A stretch of 64,000 nucleotides of DNA, from NCBI RefSeq assembly GCF_004010195.1, contig NC_057718.1:27525088-27589087 (forward strand). The letters run 5' to 3'. The notes beneath the pieces are model-generated. The model saw only the letters and a program-made list of their open reading frames with translations. It made no database searches and was not told the origin of the DNA. This document shows, one piece after another, positions 38,114-49,856 of this stretch (positions are counted from its first letter, which is position 1; each line of letters opens with the position of its first letter). This stretch comes from Chiloscyllium plagiosum (lineage: Eukaryota). Made by a program: the position numbers and the translations under genes.

Positions 38114-39605
38114 AAGGAGGTGCTGGATGTCTTGAAATGCATAAAAGTGGATAAGTCCCCAAGACCTGATCAGCTGTACCCTAGAAGTCTGTGGGAAGCT
38201 AGGAATGTGATTGCTGGGCCTCTTGCTGAGATATTTGTATCATTGATAGTTACAGGTGAGGTGCCAGAAGCTTGGAGGTTGGCTAATGTGGTGCCATTAT
38301 TTAAGAAAGCTGGTAAGGACAAACCAGAAAACTATAGACCAGTGAGCCTGACGGTGGTGGGCAAGTTGTTGGAGGGAATCCTGAGAGATAGAATGTACAG
38401 ATATTTGGAAAGTCAAGGGCTTTGTGCGTGGGAAATCATGTCTCACAAACTTGATTGCGTTTTTTGATGAAGTAACAAAGAAGATTAATGAGGGCAGAGC
38501 AGTAGACGTGTTCTTTATGGACTTCAGTAAGGCGTTCGACAAGGTTCCCCACGGGAGACTGATTAGCAAGGTTAGATCTCATGGAGTACAGGGAGAACTA
38601 GCCATTTGGATACAGAATTGGCTCAAAGGTAGAAGACAAAGGTTGGTGGTGGAGGGTTGAGACTTATACACTTAATGGTAAGGTCCTAGGGAGTGTTGCT
38701 GAACAAAAAGACCTTGGAGTGCAGGTTCATAGCTCCTTGAAAGTGAAGTCGCAGGTAGATAGGATAGTGAAGAAGGTGTTTGATATGCTTTCCTTTATTG
38801 GTCAGCGTATTGAGTACAAGACTCAATACTGTGTTGCTGTGTTGCTGTGTTGAGTACAAGACTCAATACGCTGCACGGAGGTCATGTTGTGGCTGTACAG
38901 GATATTGGTTAGGCCACTTCTGGAATATTGCATGCAATTCTGGTCTCCTTCCTATCGGAAGGAATTTTGAAACTTGAAAGTGTTCAGAAAAGTTTTACAA
39001 GGTTGTTGCCAGGGTTGGAGGACTTGAGCTATAGAGAAAGATTGAATAGGCTAGGGGTGTTCTCCCTGGAGTGTCGGAGGCTGAGGGGTGACCTTTTAGA
39101 GGTTTATAAAACACAAGGGGCATGGATAGGGTAAATAGATAAGGTATTTTCCCTGGGGTGAGGGAGTCCAGATTTAGAGGGCGCAGGTTTAGGGTGAGAG
39201 GGGAAAGATATAAAAGAGACCTATGGGGCAACGTTTTCATTCAGAGGGTGGTATGTATATGGAATGGGCTGTCAGAGGAAGTGGTGGGGGTTAGTACAAT
39301 TGCAACATTGCTGGGTATATGAATAGAAAGTGTTTGGAGGGATATGAGCCAGGTGCTGGCAAGTGGGACTAGATTGGGTTGGGATATCTGGTCGGCATGG
39401 ATGAGTAGGACCGAAGGGTCTGTTTCCGTGCTGTACATCTCTATCACTCTCTGACTCTAATTGTAATTTGCCAGTTCAGTACTGTTTCAACTATGAATAC
39501 TATCATGAAATCTTGGATGATGGGTTGCATTACAAGCAGGTAGGACTGTATATCCTGCTTGAATTCTGATGCCACCAATGAATACAGACAATGTGTGCAG
39601 ATTAA

Positions 39606-39912
39606 TTTAGATTCCCTCCAGTATGGAAACAGGCCCTTTGGCCCAACAAGTCCACACTGACCCTCCAAAGAGTAACCCATCCAGACCCATTCCCCTACCC
39701 TGTATTTACCACTGACTAATGCACCTAAAACTATGGGCAATTTAGCATAGCCAATTCACCTGATCTGCACATCTTTGGATTGTGGGAAGAAACTGGAGCA
39801 TCTGGAAGAAACCCCACGCAGACAGGGAGAGAATGTGCAAACTCTACACAGACAGTCACCCAAGGCTGGAATTGAAACTGGGACCCTGGTACTGTGAACC
39901 ACCGTGCCGCCC
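39606..39912 (-). mobile_element. HE1-type SINE
   Basis: Reverse complement of the V-domain and tail. Confidence 0.87.
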
Positions 39913-40628
39913 TCTGAGGAGAGTTTTACTTATTTCTTACTAACAGGGATTCTTTTCTCAGAACTTTTATCAAGTCGATAACTGAAGAATTAAAAGACAA
40001 AGCAAAAACAGAATGCAGGAGCTTCCAAAAAAACTACTTCCAGTCCAAAACCCAGTCCTCACTTTCTTTTTTCAAAACCCAGTCAGCCTCGTTTGTTTTT
40101 TTGTTTTCTCTTGCTTTTTCAAAATTCTCTGTGGTTGACTAGCCACCAACAGCCCTCTCTTGATTGATCAGTTCAACATCTAATCATCTGTCAGTTCTGA
40201 GCCTAACAACATCTTGACGCAGAACAGCCTGCACTGTCCTGATTGTAGTAATTAACCTGCATTGTTTTTCCAGGACATGGGGACCAGGTCTTTTGTTCTC
40301 TCCTCTTCTTAAACTGCTGTTCAAAGTTTAAAATTTAATCCTCAACTTCAACTCACAGTTCCAAATGAAAATGAGAAAAACAAAAGAATAATAGTGATGG
40401 TCTCCACATTCAGTTAAATTAGTTCTCATCTGTTTTCCGTTGTCCAATTATATTTGCTTAAATTAATCCAAAACAGAAGTAATACATGCATAACAATAGA
40501 GGAAGAGGAGAAGTGTAGGTGGGTTGCAGGTCATACCATAGAATCAGAAAATATTTATGACTCTGTAAAGCAGCAATTCACCTAATGCCACTCCTCCACC
40601 TTCTCCACAAAGCCCATTTTCACTAATA

Positions 40629-40810
40629 CAGTTGGTTCTGCTATAACACATGTTTCTTCGACGCAAATTGGCTTTAACACAATTGAAGAATTTAGACTGT
40701 TATAACATGATTCCGGTTCTACTAGATTAAATGGTAAGGCTAGTGCGTGATTTTCTTATAACGCAAGATCGCATGAGAACAGAACTATTGCATTATATCA
40801 GAACTGACTG
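40629..40810. mobile_element. Tc1/mariner (pogo/Tigger-like) MITE
   Basis: Terminal inverted repeats CAGTTGGTTCTGCTATAA and (reverse complement) CAGTCAGTTCTGATATAA, matching at 15 of 18. Flanked by TA on both sides. Confidence 0.82.
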
Positions 40811-42104
40811 TAATCCAATTCCTTTTGGAAATTCTTGAGTCAATCTGTTTCCAGTGCATTCCAGATCTTAAGAACTCACTGTGCAATAAAAATTTTCCTC
40901 ATCAGACATAATTTCTTCTGCCAATCTTAAACCTGTACCTTTGCAATCTCAATCCTTCCAAGAATGGGAACACTTTCTCCCTAGCTACTTTGTCCAGACC
41001 CTCATAATTTGGTAATACCTCCAGAAAATCTTCTCTTAACCTTCTCTTTTCCAAAAATAAAGCCCCAACTTCCCCATTGTTTCTATGTCGCTGAAATTTC
41101 TCAATGCTGGAATCTTCTCATTAATGTTTTATGCACTTTCTTTACTGTCTTCTTATCCTTCCTAAAATACAGTGGTCAGAATGGCATGTAATCCTCCTGT
41201 TGAGGCTGAACCACGGTTTAGTATATATTATACTAAATATATATAGTATAAATTTAATATATTTTCTTTGCTGTTATATTCTATGCCCCTAAAGGTTGTA
41301 CATTCTCAATCTGTTCTTCCACATTCAGTGTACATATACATTCAGATCCCTCTGCTCCTGCAACCCTTTAGAATTGTACCCTTTAGTTTATGTTGGCTCA
41401 TTTGCATTTTTATTTTCCAATCAAGCTAAACCAAGCTTGCTTGCCCACTAGTCTGCCTATTCCATTAATCTAAGTTTGTTCTTTTGAAGTTCTACACTCT
41501 CCCTTCACACTACTTCCAAGTTTCCTATCATATGCAAATTTTGAAACTGTGCTCAAGTTCTAGATTATCAATATACATTAGAAAGTGGTCCTAACACTGC
41601 CACTTGGGAATTGCACTTAAATCTTCCTCCAGTCTGAAAAGTAATGGTTATAACCATTACTCTTTATTTCCTATCACTTAGCCGGTTTTGCATCTATGTT
41701 TTGACTGGCTTTTTCGTTCCATAAACTCTAACTTTGCCCATAGGAGGGTTGTACACCATTTTAACAAATGTATTTTAGAAGGCTATGTCTATGCTTGATA
41801 AAAATTACCCTCATCAACCCACTTTATGAAACAAGATTTGCCCGTAACAAAACCATGTTGACCTTTTCTTAATTATCCCACATGGCTATTAACTTTGTCC
41901 CAAATAATAGTTTCTCAAATCTTCTCGATAACAGAGATTCAACTGACTATTGTGAAACTCTTGGGTTGGGGTGTGACATTTGTAATCCTCAAATCTCCTG
42001 TCATATTTCTGAGTTTAAGGAAGATGGGAAACTTGTGAACAATGCCTCCATAGTTTCCACTCTCATTCATTCAGTATCTTTGAATGTATCTAATTTGGCC
42101 CTAG

Positions 42105-42177
42105 TCGAAGGATGTGTTGCTGGAAAAGCACAGCCAGTCAGGCAGCATCCAAGGAGCAGGAGAATTGACATTTCGGG
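42105..42177 (-). mobile_element. Tiny PLE 3'-end fragment
   Basis: gctggaaaagcacagccagtcaggcagcatccaaggagcaggagaattgacatttcggg. Imperfect TSD aatttgg(c/t)cct(a/g)g. Confidence 0.75.
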
Positions 42178-42639
42178 AATTTGGTCCTGGTGCCTAGTCA
42201 ACTTAAAGTACATACAGCTTATCCATAAGTGTTAAACCCTCTGTGTTTGAACTATCTCCTCTTTCATCGTGATCTCTTTTAATCTTTATAAAGCTTATTA
42301 GATGTTGAACTGATAACCTACGAATTGTTAAATGCAACAAACTTCAAAAATCTTCACCTCATTTTGATAATTAATAAATTTGTTTCAATATGAACATTTA
42401 TCTTTTCAATCTCTACTTATATTATCAAATGGTCATTACTGACAAAGGAAATAATGAATAATAGTTTACCACTCTTCAGAGAAACAAGTCTCATACATTT
42501 AGTGTAAATATAATGATGTACAATGGTTCTTACCAAAGTCACCATTGATGTCCTAGGTGACTCTGACAAAGGTAATCCCTTCTCACTTTTCTCAACCTGC
42601 CTGCAAAGTTTCACATGTTAGACTACACCATCATTTGGT

Positions 42640-43560
42640 TAGATTTATTGTAGCCACATGTACCTAAGTACATAGAAAAGTTTTGTTTTGCGAGCCATAT
42701 AGGAAGATCTTCGGAAACAAAAAATACAGATCATAGAGTGCTGAGACAGAGCAAGGCATACAAGGTTACGGCTACACAGGAGGTGAACAAAGCAAGATCA
42801 ACATTATTTGAAGTTAGAGACGTTCATTCATCAATCTAATAACAGCACAGAAGAAGCTGTCCTTGAACCCATTGGTATGTACCTTCAAGGTTCTGTATCT
42901 TCTACCTGACGGACGAGGTTGGAAGAGCGTATTACCAGGGTGGGATGTGTCTTTGATGATGTTGGAAGCCTTTCTGCAGCAACAAGAAATATAAATGAAG
43001 TCCAAGGATGGGAGGTTGACTTCATTAAGGCCTGGGCTGTACTCACAACTTTCTGTAGTTTCTTATGGTCCTGGACAGAGCAAAATTGCCGTACCAGGCC
43101 ATTATGCACCTGGACACAATACTTTCCATGGCCCATCTGTAAAAGCTGGTGAGGATCCTTATAGACATGCTGAATTCCCTAACCGTAGAAGAGGTGTTGC
43201 TGTGCCTTCAGGACCTCGCAACTACGTGGGAGTCCAGTACAGACTGTTGGTTATCAGTTATCATTGCACCAAAATACTTAGCACTCTATCTCCTTCCTAT
43301 ATTCTGACTCATCATTGTTTAATATCGGTCCTACCACGGTGGTGTCATCAGCAGACTTGTAGATGGTGCTCATACGGAATTTGGCCACATAGGGGCTGAT
43401 AATGCATCCTTTCGGGGCGCTGGTGTTGAGGATTATCATGGTGGAGGTATTGCTGTCTATCTAACTGATTGCAGTTTGTGGGTCAGGAAGCTAAGGATCC
43501 AGTTGCAGAGGGTGGTGTCGAGACCTAGGTCTCAGAGTTTTGAGGTTAGCCTGGAGGGTG
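42640..43560 (-). mobile_element. Rex1/Babar-like LINE 3' fragment
   Basis: QDHKKLQKVVSTAQ...CCRKASNIIKDTSHPGNTLFQPRPSGRRYRTLKVHTNGFKDSFF. Confidence 0.8.
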
Positions 43561-43706
43561 TTGAAGCTAATTCTCCAATGTCTCCCCACTGTTGTCTGGC
43601 TAAGTATGACTGTTCTCACCTCATTCATTTTCTTTGCTTTTACATCTAAACTATAATCATTTCAAATAAAGTAGCATGTAATAGCACACATCTATGCTGT
43701 GGTAGC

Positions 43707-43929
43707 TGAAATAACTCCACAGAGGCCGGTGTCCTGTCACCAAGTCACCCTTTATTTATACATGGAGAGTCTTTTATACATCAGAGCCAACTCTCAGAGT
43801 GAACAGAAACTCTTACACTCCTGTTCTTATCTTTCACCCATGGCTCCCTGGTTGGACCGGATTAACAGCCCCATTCAGGAACTCACATTCTATGAGGTCC
43901 ACCTGGCTGACCTCATTACAATCACTACA
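43707..43929 (-). mobile_element. Solo LTR (223 bp)
   Basis: TG...CA termini; flanks gtagc and gtagt (5-bp TSD with 1 mismatch); minus-strand AATAAA at 43751-43756. Confidence 0.72.
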
Positions 43930-44109
43930 GTAGTATCTCTAGTGTATTAAACTCCTGTAATAACTTCATTTTTCGTAATCGTTGCTGTTGGCAGTGAGAT
44001 TACTGGTTCTAATAACCTTGTGATCACTTCTCTTCTTGCACTAATTTTACCCCCAGTGTTTTCCAAGCATCTATCCTTCACTCCCTCTCCTAATTTGTCA
44101 ACATGCTGC

Positions 44110-44620
44110 CCCTCAATTATAGCAATGAAAAGCACGTTGCAAGTTTTCATATGTGTGCTGATGACCCCCAACTCTAATTGCCAGCACCTCTCTTAAAACA
44201 CTTACTCTTGCCAAATTCTCAGATTGCTTATTTGACATCCAGTCCTGGATGAGCAGACACTTCCTCTGGTTATATTGGAAGGACTGAAATAGTTGGCCAT
44301 GCACCCTATTCCAAAATCTGTTCCCTAACCACTGACTCTAACTTTCCCTTGTCAACAGTATGAAACAGCCTGTTCACAACGTCTTGAGCATTCCCGATTT
44401 GATCCTTTATGCCTTCACTTACCTAAGCTGTAAACCCTGAAATTCTCTCCCTTCATCTCTCCATCATGGTTTCAGCCTTTAAGATACTCTTTAAAATCTA
44501 CTTCTTTAACCAGACGTTGGATCACCTGACCTAATATCTCAACATGTGGCTCAGTGTCAGATTTCATTTTACAATGTTCCTGGGAGCACATTACATATTT
44601 TAGTCTGTTCAAGATGTCAT
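44110..44620 (+). mobile_element. L2-like remnant
   Basis: tttcatatgtgtgctgatgacccccaactcta (YADD-like region) and a 3' end similar to 15600-15830. Confidence 0.6.
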
Positions 44621-44632
44621 ATATAAATATAT

Positions 44633-44963
44633 GATTAGATTAGATTACTTACAGTGTGGAAACAGGCCCTTCGGCCCAACAAGTCCACACCGACCCGCCG
44701 AAGCGCAACCCACCCATACCCCTACATTTACCCCCCTACATTTACCCCTTTAACCTAACACTACGGGCAATTTAGCATGGCCAATTCACCTGACCCGCAC
44801 ATCTTTGGACTGTGGGAGGAAACCGGAGCACCCGGAGGAAACCCCACGCAGACACGGGGAGAATGTGCAAACTCCACACAGTCAGTCGCCTGAGTCGGGA
44901 ATTGAACCCGGGTCTCTGGCGCTGTGAGGCAGCAGTGCTAACCACTGTGCCCCGTGCCGCCCA
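44633..44963 (-). mobile_element. HE1-type SINE (young)
   Basis: Near-perfect reverse complement of 34237-34550. Confidence 0.93.
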
Positions 44964-45133
44964 CATGTTGTTCTTGTATAAATATATATGTTCTTTGTTG
45001 GTTATTTGTTCATAGTAATTTAGCTAATTGTATCCTTCATAAAACTATCTAACTCTGTGTTCCTGATTGGACTATGGAAAACTACTCTCCCGTCCCTTTG
45101 CAACAATGAAAGTAGCAATTTCTATTAGACAGT

Positions 45134-45348
45134 TAAAAATCACACAACACCAGGATTATAGTCCAAAAGATTTATTTGGAAGCACTAGCTTTCGGAGCGC
45201 TTTTCCTTCATCAGGTGAACCATCTGATGAAGGAGCTACACTCCAAAAGCTAGTACTGTACTTCCAAATAAACTTGTTGGACTAAAATCTGGTTTGTGTG
45301 ATTTTTAACTTTGTGCACCCCAGTCCAACGCCAGCACCTCCAAATCTG
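45134..45348. mobile_element. Palindromic PLE mini-element with two divergent hammerhead motifs
   Basis: Arms about 45131-45217 and 45221-45310; tail 45311-45348. TSD tatta(g/a)acagt at 45123-45133 and 45349-45359. Confidence 0.88.
45183..45217 (-). ncRNA. Minimal hammerhead motif
   Basis: cac CUGAUGA A gga-aaagcgc-ucc GAAA GCUA gug: intact core, AGCU palindrome and 3-bp helix I. Confidence 0.7.
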
Positions 45349-45359
45349 TATTAAACAGT

Positions 45360-46070
45360 ACTTGTAATGTTATAAGGATGTTACAATGCATTTCACAAAG
45401 TGTAATCAAACTGAAAATTTAACTCCTGTTTACAAAAGGAGGTGTTAAAGCAGATGAACAAAAGTTTGGTGAAAGAGATTGATTTCAAGGAGCACTTTAA
45501 GAGGAAAGGAAGATAAAGATGTGGAAAGATTTAGGGAGGGAATTCCAGAGTTTACAACTATAACATGTACAGGCATTCCTACCTTTGATGGAGGTGTTAA
45601 AATTAGGGAGACACAAGAGGTCAGATTGGCAGAGTGCGAGTGTCTCAGAGTTGTAGGGCTGCAAGAAATTATAGAATTAGGGAGAGGTGAAATCGTGAAA
45701 GATTTTGAAATCTGGGATAGGAATTGGAAAATCAAGGTATTATTTAACTAGGATCCAATCTGGATCAGCCAGCATGAGTGTTGGGCGAATAGAACTTGAT
45801 GAGAGTAAGAACGTGGGCAATGAACCTTTGGATGGCCTCAAGTTTACAGATGGTAGAACATGAGAGGCTGTTCTAAAGAATATTGGAATGGTCAAGGCCA
45901 GAGGTAACAAGGACTGTACTGAGGGTTTCAGCAGCAGATGATTTAAAGCAGGGGTGGAGTTGGGTAATGTAATTAAGGTAGAAGTAGTCAGTTCGAGCGA
46001 TGCCCTGGAAAAGTATTTGGAAACTCTTCTTGGGATCAAATTCAGTTCAGTCTCAGTCCCCAGATTCTGA
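45360..46070 (-). mobile_element. L2-like remnant
   Basis: LLLKPSVQSLLPLALTIPIFF region, similar to the reverse complement of 15250-15700. Confidence 0.6.
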
Positions 46071-46262
46071 ACCAACTTTCTGCTCCAGTCTAGTAATTAA
46101 TGTCTCCCATTTTTTCCCAATCCTAGCCCAATAATCCACATGCTTCCAGATCAGATCTCAACTTCCCTCCCAGCTCCAACATCAGTTTTGAACTTTAAAA
46201 TAAACCTGAAAAATCGTTCAGTTGCCTCCTGACAGATATGTGGAACAGGCATCATTCATTTC

Positions 46263-46391
46263 CGAGGAAGGGTCACCGGAACCAAAATGTTAATTCCAAT
46301 TTCTCTTCACAGATGCTGCTAGACCTGCTGAGCTTTTCCAGCAGCTTCTGATTTTGTTCCTGATTTACAGCATCTGCAGTTCTTTTGGTTT
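46263..46391 (+). mobile_element. Short PLE 3' end starting at a degenerate hammerhead
   Basis: ccgaggaagggtcaccggaaccaaaatgtt...cagatgctgctagacctgctgag. TSD tcattcatttc at 46252-46262 and 46392-46402. Confidence 0.78.
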
Positions 46392-46557
46392 TCATTCATT
46401 TCTAAGCTGGTAAGTTTGCTGTAACAGGGTAGGCCGTCTGTGACAGACCGAGGTGAGAGAAAGGTACTGCAGGAAAATGACAAAATTAACAGAGATGTAC
46501 CAGCTAAAGTGGTGCCCTGTGGTATGTTGCCTTGTGTCTTGCCTGTACCACATTCTT

Positions 46558-47092
46558 AGTCATAGAGTCATAGTTGTTAGAGATGTATAGCACAGAGATA
46601 GAATCCTTGGTCCAACTCGTCCATGCTGACCTGATATCCTAAACTGATCCAGTCCCATTTGCCATATATTTCTAAACCCTTCCTATTCATATACCCATCC
46701 AGATGCCTTTTAAATGTCGTAATTGTACCAGCCTCCACCACATCCTCTGATAGCTCATTCCATACATGCACCACCCTCTGCATTAAAGAATTGCCCCTTA
46801 GGTCCCTTTTATATCTTTCCCCTCTCACCCTAAACCGATGCCCTCTAGTTCTGGACTCCCTCTCCCCAGGGGAAAGATTTTGGCTATTTACCCTATCCAT
46901 GCCCCTCATGATTTTATAAGGCCCGAAAAGGTCACACCTCAGCCTCCAACACTGAGGGAAAACAGCCCCAGCCTATTCAGCTTCTCCCTATAGCTCAAAT
47001 CCTCCAACCTGGCAACATCCTCGTAAATCTTTTCTGTAGCCTTTCAAGTTTCACAACATCTTTCCTATAGGAAGGAGACCAGAATTGCACAC
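46558..47092 (-). mobile_element. CR1 (HER1-like) 3' fragment
   Basis: MRGMDRVNSQNL...RGHRFRVRGERYKRDLRGN...VWNELSEDVVEAGT. Confidence 0.92.
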
Positions 47093-48681
47093 TTTGTTTT
47101 GTCAATAAAAACGCAATAGTCACATAAGGACTATTGAAAGGATGACTCGCAAATATTTTCTTTATGTTTCCTTCTAAACCCGTCAGGCATCAATACTTCA
47201 TTCTAATCCAAGCTGAACAGCTGGGGTTTGCCTGTATACTGTTTCCTGTTATATTTATTTTTCCAACATGTGGCTGTTGGCTCTTGATTAGAGTTCCAAA
47301 ATAAATTTGTTGGACCTAAGATCCAATTGCCTGAAAAACAGCAGTTAAATGGATCTGATTCTGGGCTGTTGCCAAAAAAGAAATTGAGACTAAATTTCGG
47401 GGAAAAACAATTGTTGAATAATAAAACATTTCAGGAATTTTGTTTTCTGTGGTGTGGTCATTTCCTGCCTGCTCCACATGATCTGCCAATTTGCTGATTT
47501 CAGCTCTTTCTAGTGGAAAGGGTTTGGAAATGATCTTAGTTTCCTAAATTTCACTGCAACTCTCTTCAAGTCATGTACCCCTGCCCAGCTTTGATTCAAA
47601 TGCATCTGCTGCTCCTGAACACTCACCAAAGTGGCAAATTGCAATGTGTTATACTAGATAGCTGGTAATTACCAGCACACCATTTGAACATGTGGGCTAT
47701 TATAAATGAGGCCAAAATTGTCCTCACCCAAAGTCCACAGCTTTTGAGCAAGAATGACCTCTTAGTGATCAGGAATATTTTGATCTTCTTCCCCCACAAA
47801 CTGAAAGTACTGCCTTCACTCATAATGTTCTTATTGTAATTCAGCTCAAGATCACTTTCCCAACATTAGGAACTTCCCAAACACTGAAATTTTACTTACA
47901 GTCTGAAAAAAAATTGAAACTTACAAACTAATGCTTGAATATAAATCATGACTTTGTTATGCTATGGAATGATTGACTACAATATATAAAGTGACATGGC
48001 CAGTTAAAAAATGAACTGAGACACTGCTGTATATGTGGCCATCACTAATCATGAAAACATTTCTACTTGATGCCAGTTGCCAGCAAAGTGGTTCAGCATT
48101 GTCAAACCTGTGATTTATATGGCTTATGTGGTGTACTGCCACATAAAGTGTCAGATTTACTGTGTATTTATAAAGTTATCACTATAAATAGTACAAAAAT
48201 TATATAAACTTAAGAAAATCATGGCTTGTTTAATGACAGTCCTACAGTTGTGCATTTGATATAAAGCAGCTGGCATCAGCTACTGGCCTGGCAAGAGTGA
48301 GCAAGAATCCTGCCGAGTTCAGCAATCATAAATACTGCACTGGCGCCATGCTGCTTTTGGTTTTAACAAACTAAAATAATGCAACTTGTGTTGTTTGCAT
48401 AAATAGACATCCTAAAACAATGTTTAGGAATAAGCAAATCAAAACATCCTTTCTATGTCAATAGTTTGCATTAATATATTGTCTTTTATGACCAAGACAT
48501 TTCACAGAGGCACAATCGGAAACAAATGGATCCATGGCAAAAAGGAAACGTTGGAGGCACGGCCAAAAATTTAGTCATCTACTAGGCTCTTAAAGCAGGG
48601 AGAGCTGGAAAAGTTGGGCATAAGGAAACAATGCTGGTGCAGAAGCTGGAATAGGAATGTCACGGTGATAGGGTTTTAACA

Positions 48682-49856
48682 AGTTTTGAGAAGACTTGTA
48701 GGTCAGGTTCAGATTCTGGATGTAGGTTTGCTTGCAGAGCTGGATGGTTTGTTTTCAGAAGTTTCATCACCATATTAGGTAACATTTTCAGTGAGCCTCC
48801 AGATGAAGCACTGGTGGTGTAGCCTGCTTTCTATTTATATGTTTGGGTTTCCTTGGGTTGGTGATGTCATTTCCTGTGGTGATGTCATTTTCTGTTCCTT
48901 TTCTCAGGGGTGGTAAATGGGATCCAAGTCAATGTGTTTGTTGATACATGAACATCAACTAGCCACAAAAAGACATGGATCAGTGGTGCTGGAAGAGCAC
49001 AGCAATTCAGGCAGCATCCAACGAGCAGTGAAATCGATGTTTCGGGCAAAAGCCCTTCATCAGGAATAAAGGCAGAGATCCTGAAGCATGGAGAGATAAG
49101 CTAGGGGAGGGTGGGGGTGGGGAGAGAGTAGCATAGAGTACAATGGGTGAGTGGGGGAGGAGATGAAGGTGATAGGTCAGGGAGGAGAGGGTGGAGTGGA
49201 GAGGTGGAAAAGGAGATAGGCAGGTCGCACAAGTCCGGACAAGTCAAGGGGACAGTGCTGAGCTGGAAGTTAGAAACTAGGATGAGGTGGGGGAAGGGTA
49301 AATGAGGAAGCTGTTGAAGTCCACATTGATGCCCTGGGGTTGAAGTGTTCCGAGGCGGAAGATGAGGCATTCTTCCTCCAGGCGTCTGGTGGTGAGGGAG
49401 CAGCGGTGAAGGAGCACCACTGATCCAGAATCTGGTTTCCAGCATCTGCAGTTATTGTTTTTACCACAAACAGACATGACCCACTCACACTGGTATCCTT
49501 ACGTATGGATGAAGAAGAAGGCCACTTCGACTAGGACAACATATCCATCCTAGGACAAGCCAAGCAGACAGGCAAGATAATTCCTAGAAACATGGCATTC
49601 CAACCTGAACTCTATCAACAAACACATTGACTTGGATCCCATTTACCACCCCCTGAGAAAAATAACAGGAAATGACACCACCCATAGGAAATGGCATCAC
49701 CACAGGAAATGATGTCACCAACCAAAGGAAACCAAAATATATAAATAGAAGCGGGCTACATCACCATTGCTTCATCCAGATGCTCACTGAAGATGTTACT
49801 AGTATGGTAATGAAACATGTGAAAATGAACCTACCAGCTCAGCGAGCAAACCTCGT
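48682..49856. mobile_element. Poseidon-like PLE: inverted pseudo-LTR plus forward 3' fragment
   Basis: 48720-48946 is the reverse complement of 49613-49853. The forward part encodes a ...WHSNLNSINKHIDLDPIY... end. Degenerate hammerheads at about 48755-48794 (-) and 49784-49822 (+). Confidence 0.87.
48978..49463 (-). mobile_element. Neptune-like PLE fragment nested in the Poseidon-like copy
   Basis: RRLEEECLIFRLGTLQPQGINVDFNSF; hammerhead at 49032-49067 (-). TSD ccacaaa(a/c)agacatg at 48963-48977 and 49464-49478. Confidence 0.9.

Larger units (their letters stand above)
35140..39460 (+). mobile_element. Near-full-length but disrupted CR1 LINE (ORF1 SGNH-esterase-like, ORF2 endonuclease and reverse transcriptase)
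   Basis: ORF1 VIIHIGTNDIG / VVISGL / YKKDRLHLN; endonuclease WDIIAIPEIWL and GDFNFPNIDW; RT MDFSKAFDKVPH; CR1 tail near 39450. Contains many stops and frameshifts. Confidence 0.92.
40540..42250 (-). mobile_element. Old CR1-like remnant
   Basis: Degenerate similarity to the other minus-strand CR1 copies, e.g. ccaagtttcctatcatatgcaaattt as the remnant of the KFADD region. Confidence 0.55.

Noticed and set aside
42534..42597. Possible minus-strand exon (gcag|GTTGAG...TTG|GTAAGA; VEKSEKGLPLSESPRTSMVTL)
   Set aside because: Poor polypyrimidine tract and no recognisable homology; it cannot be supported without RNA data.
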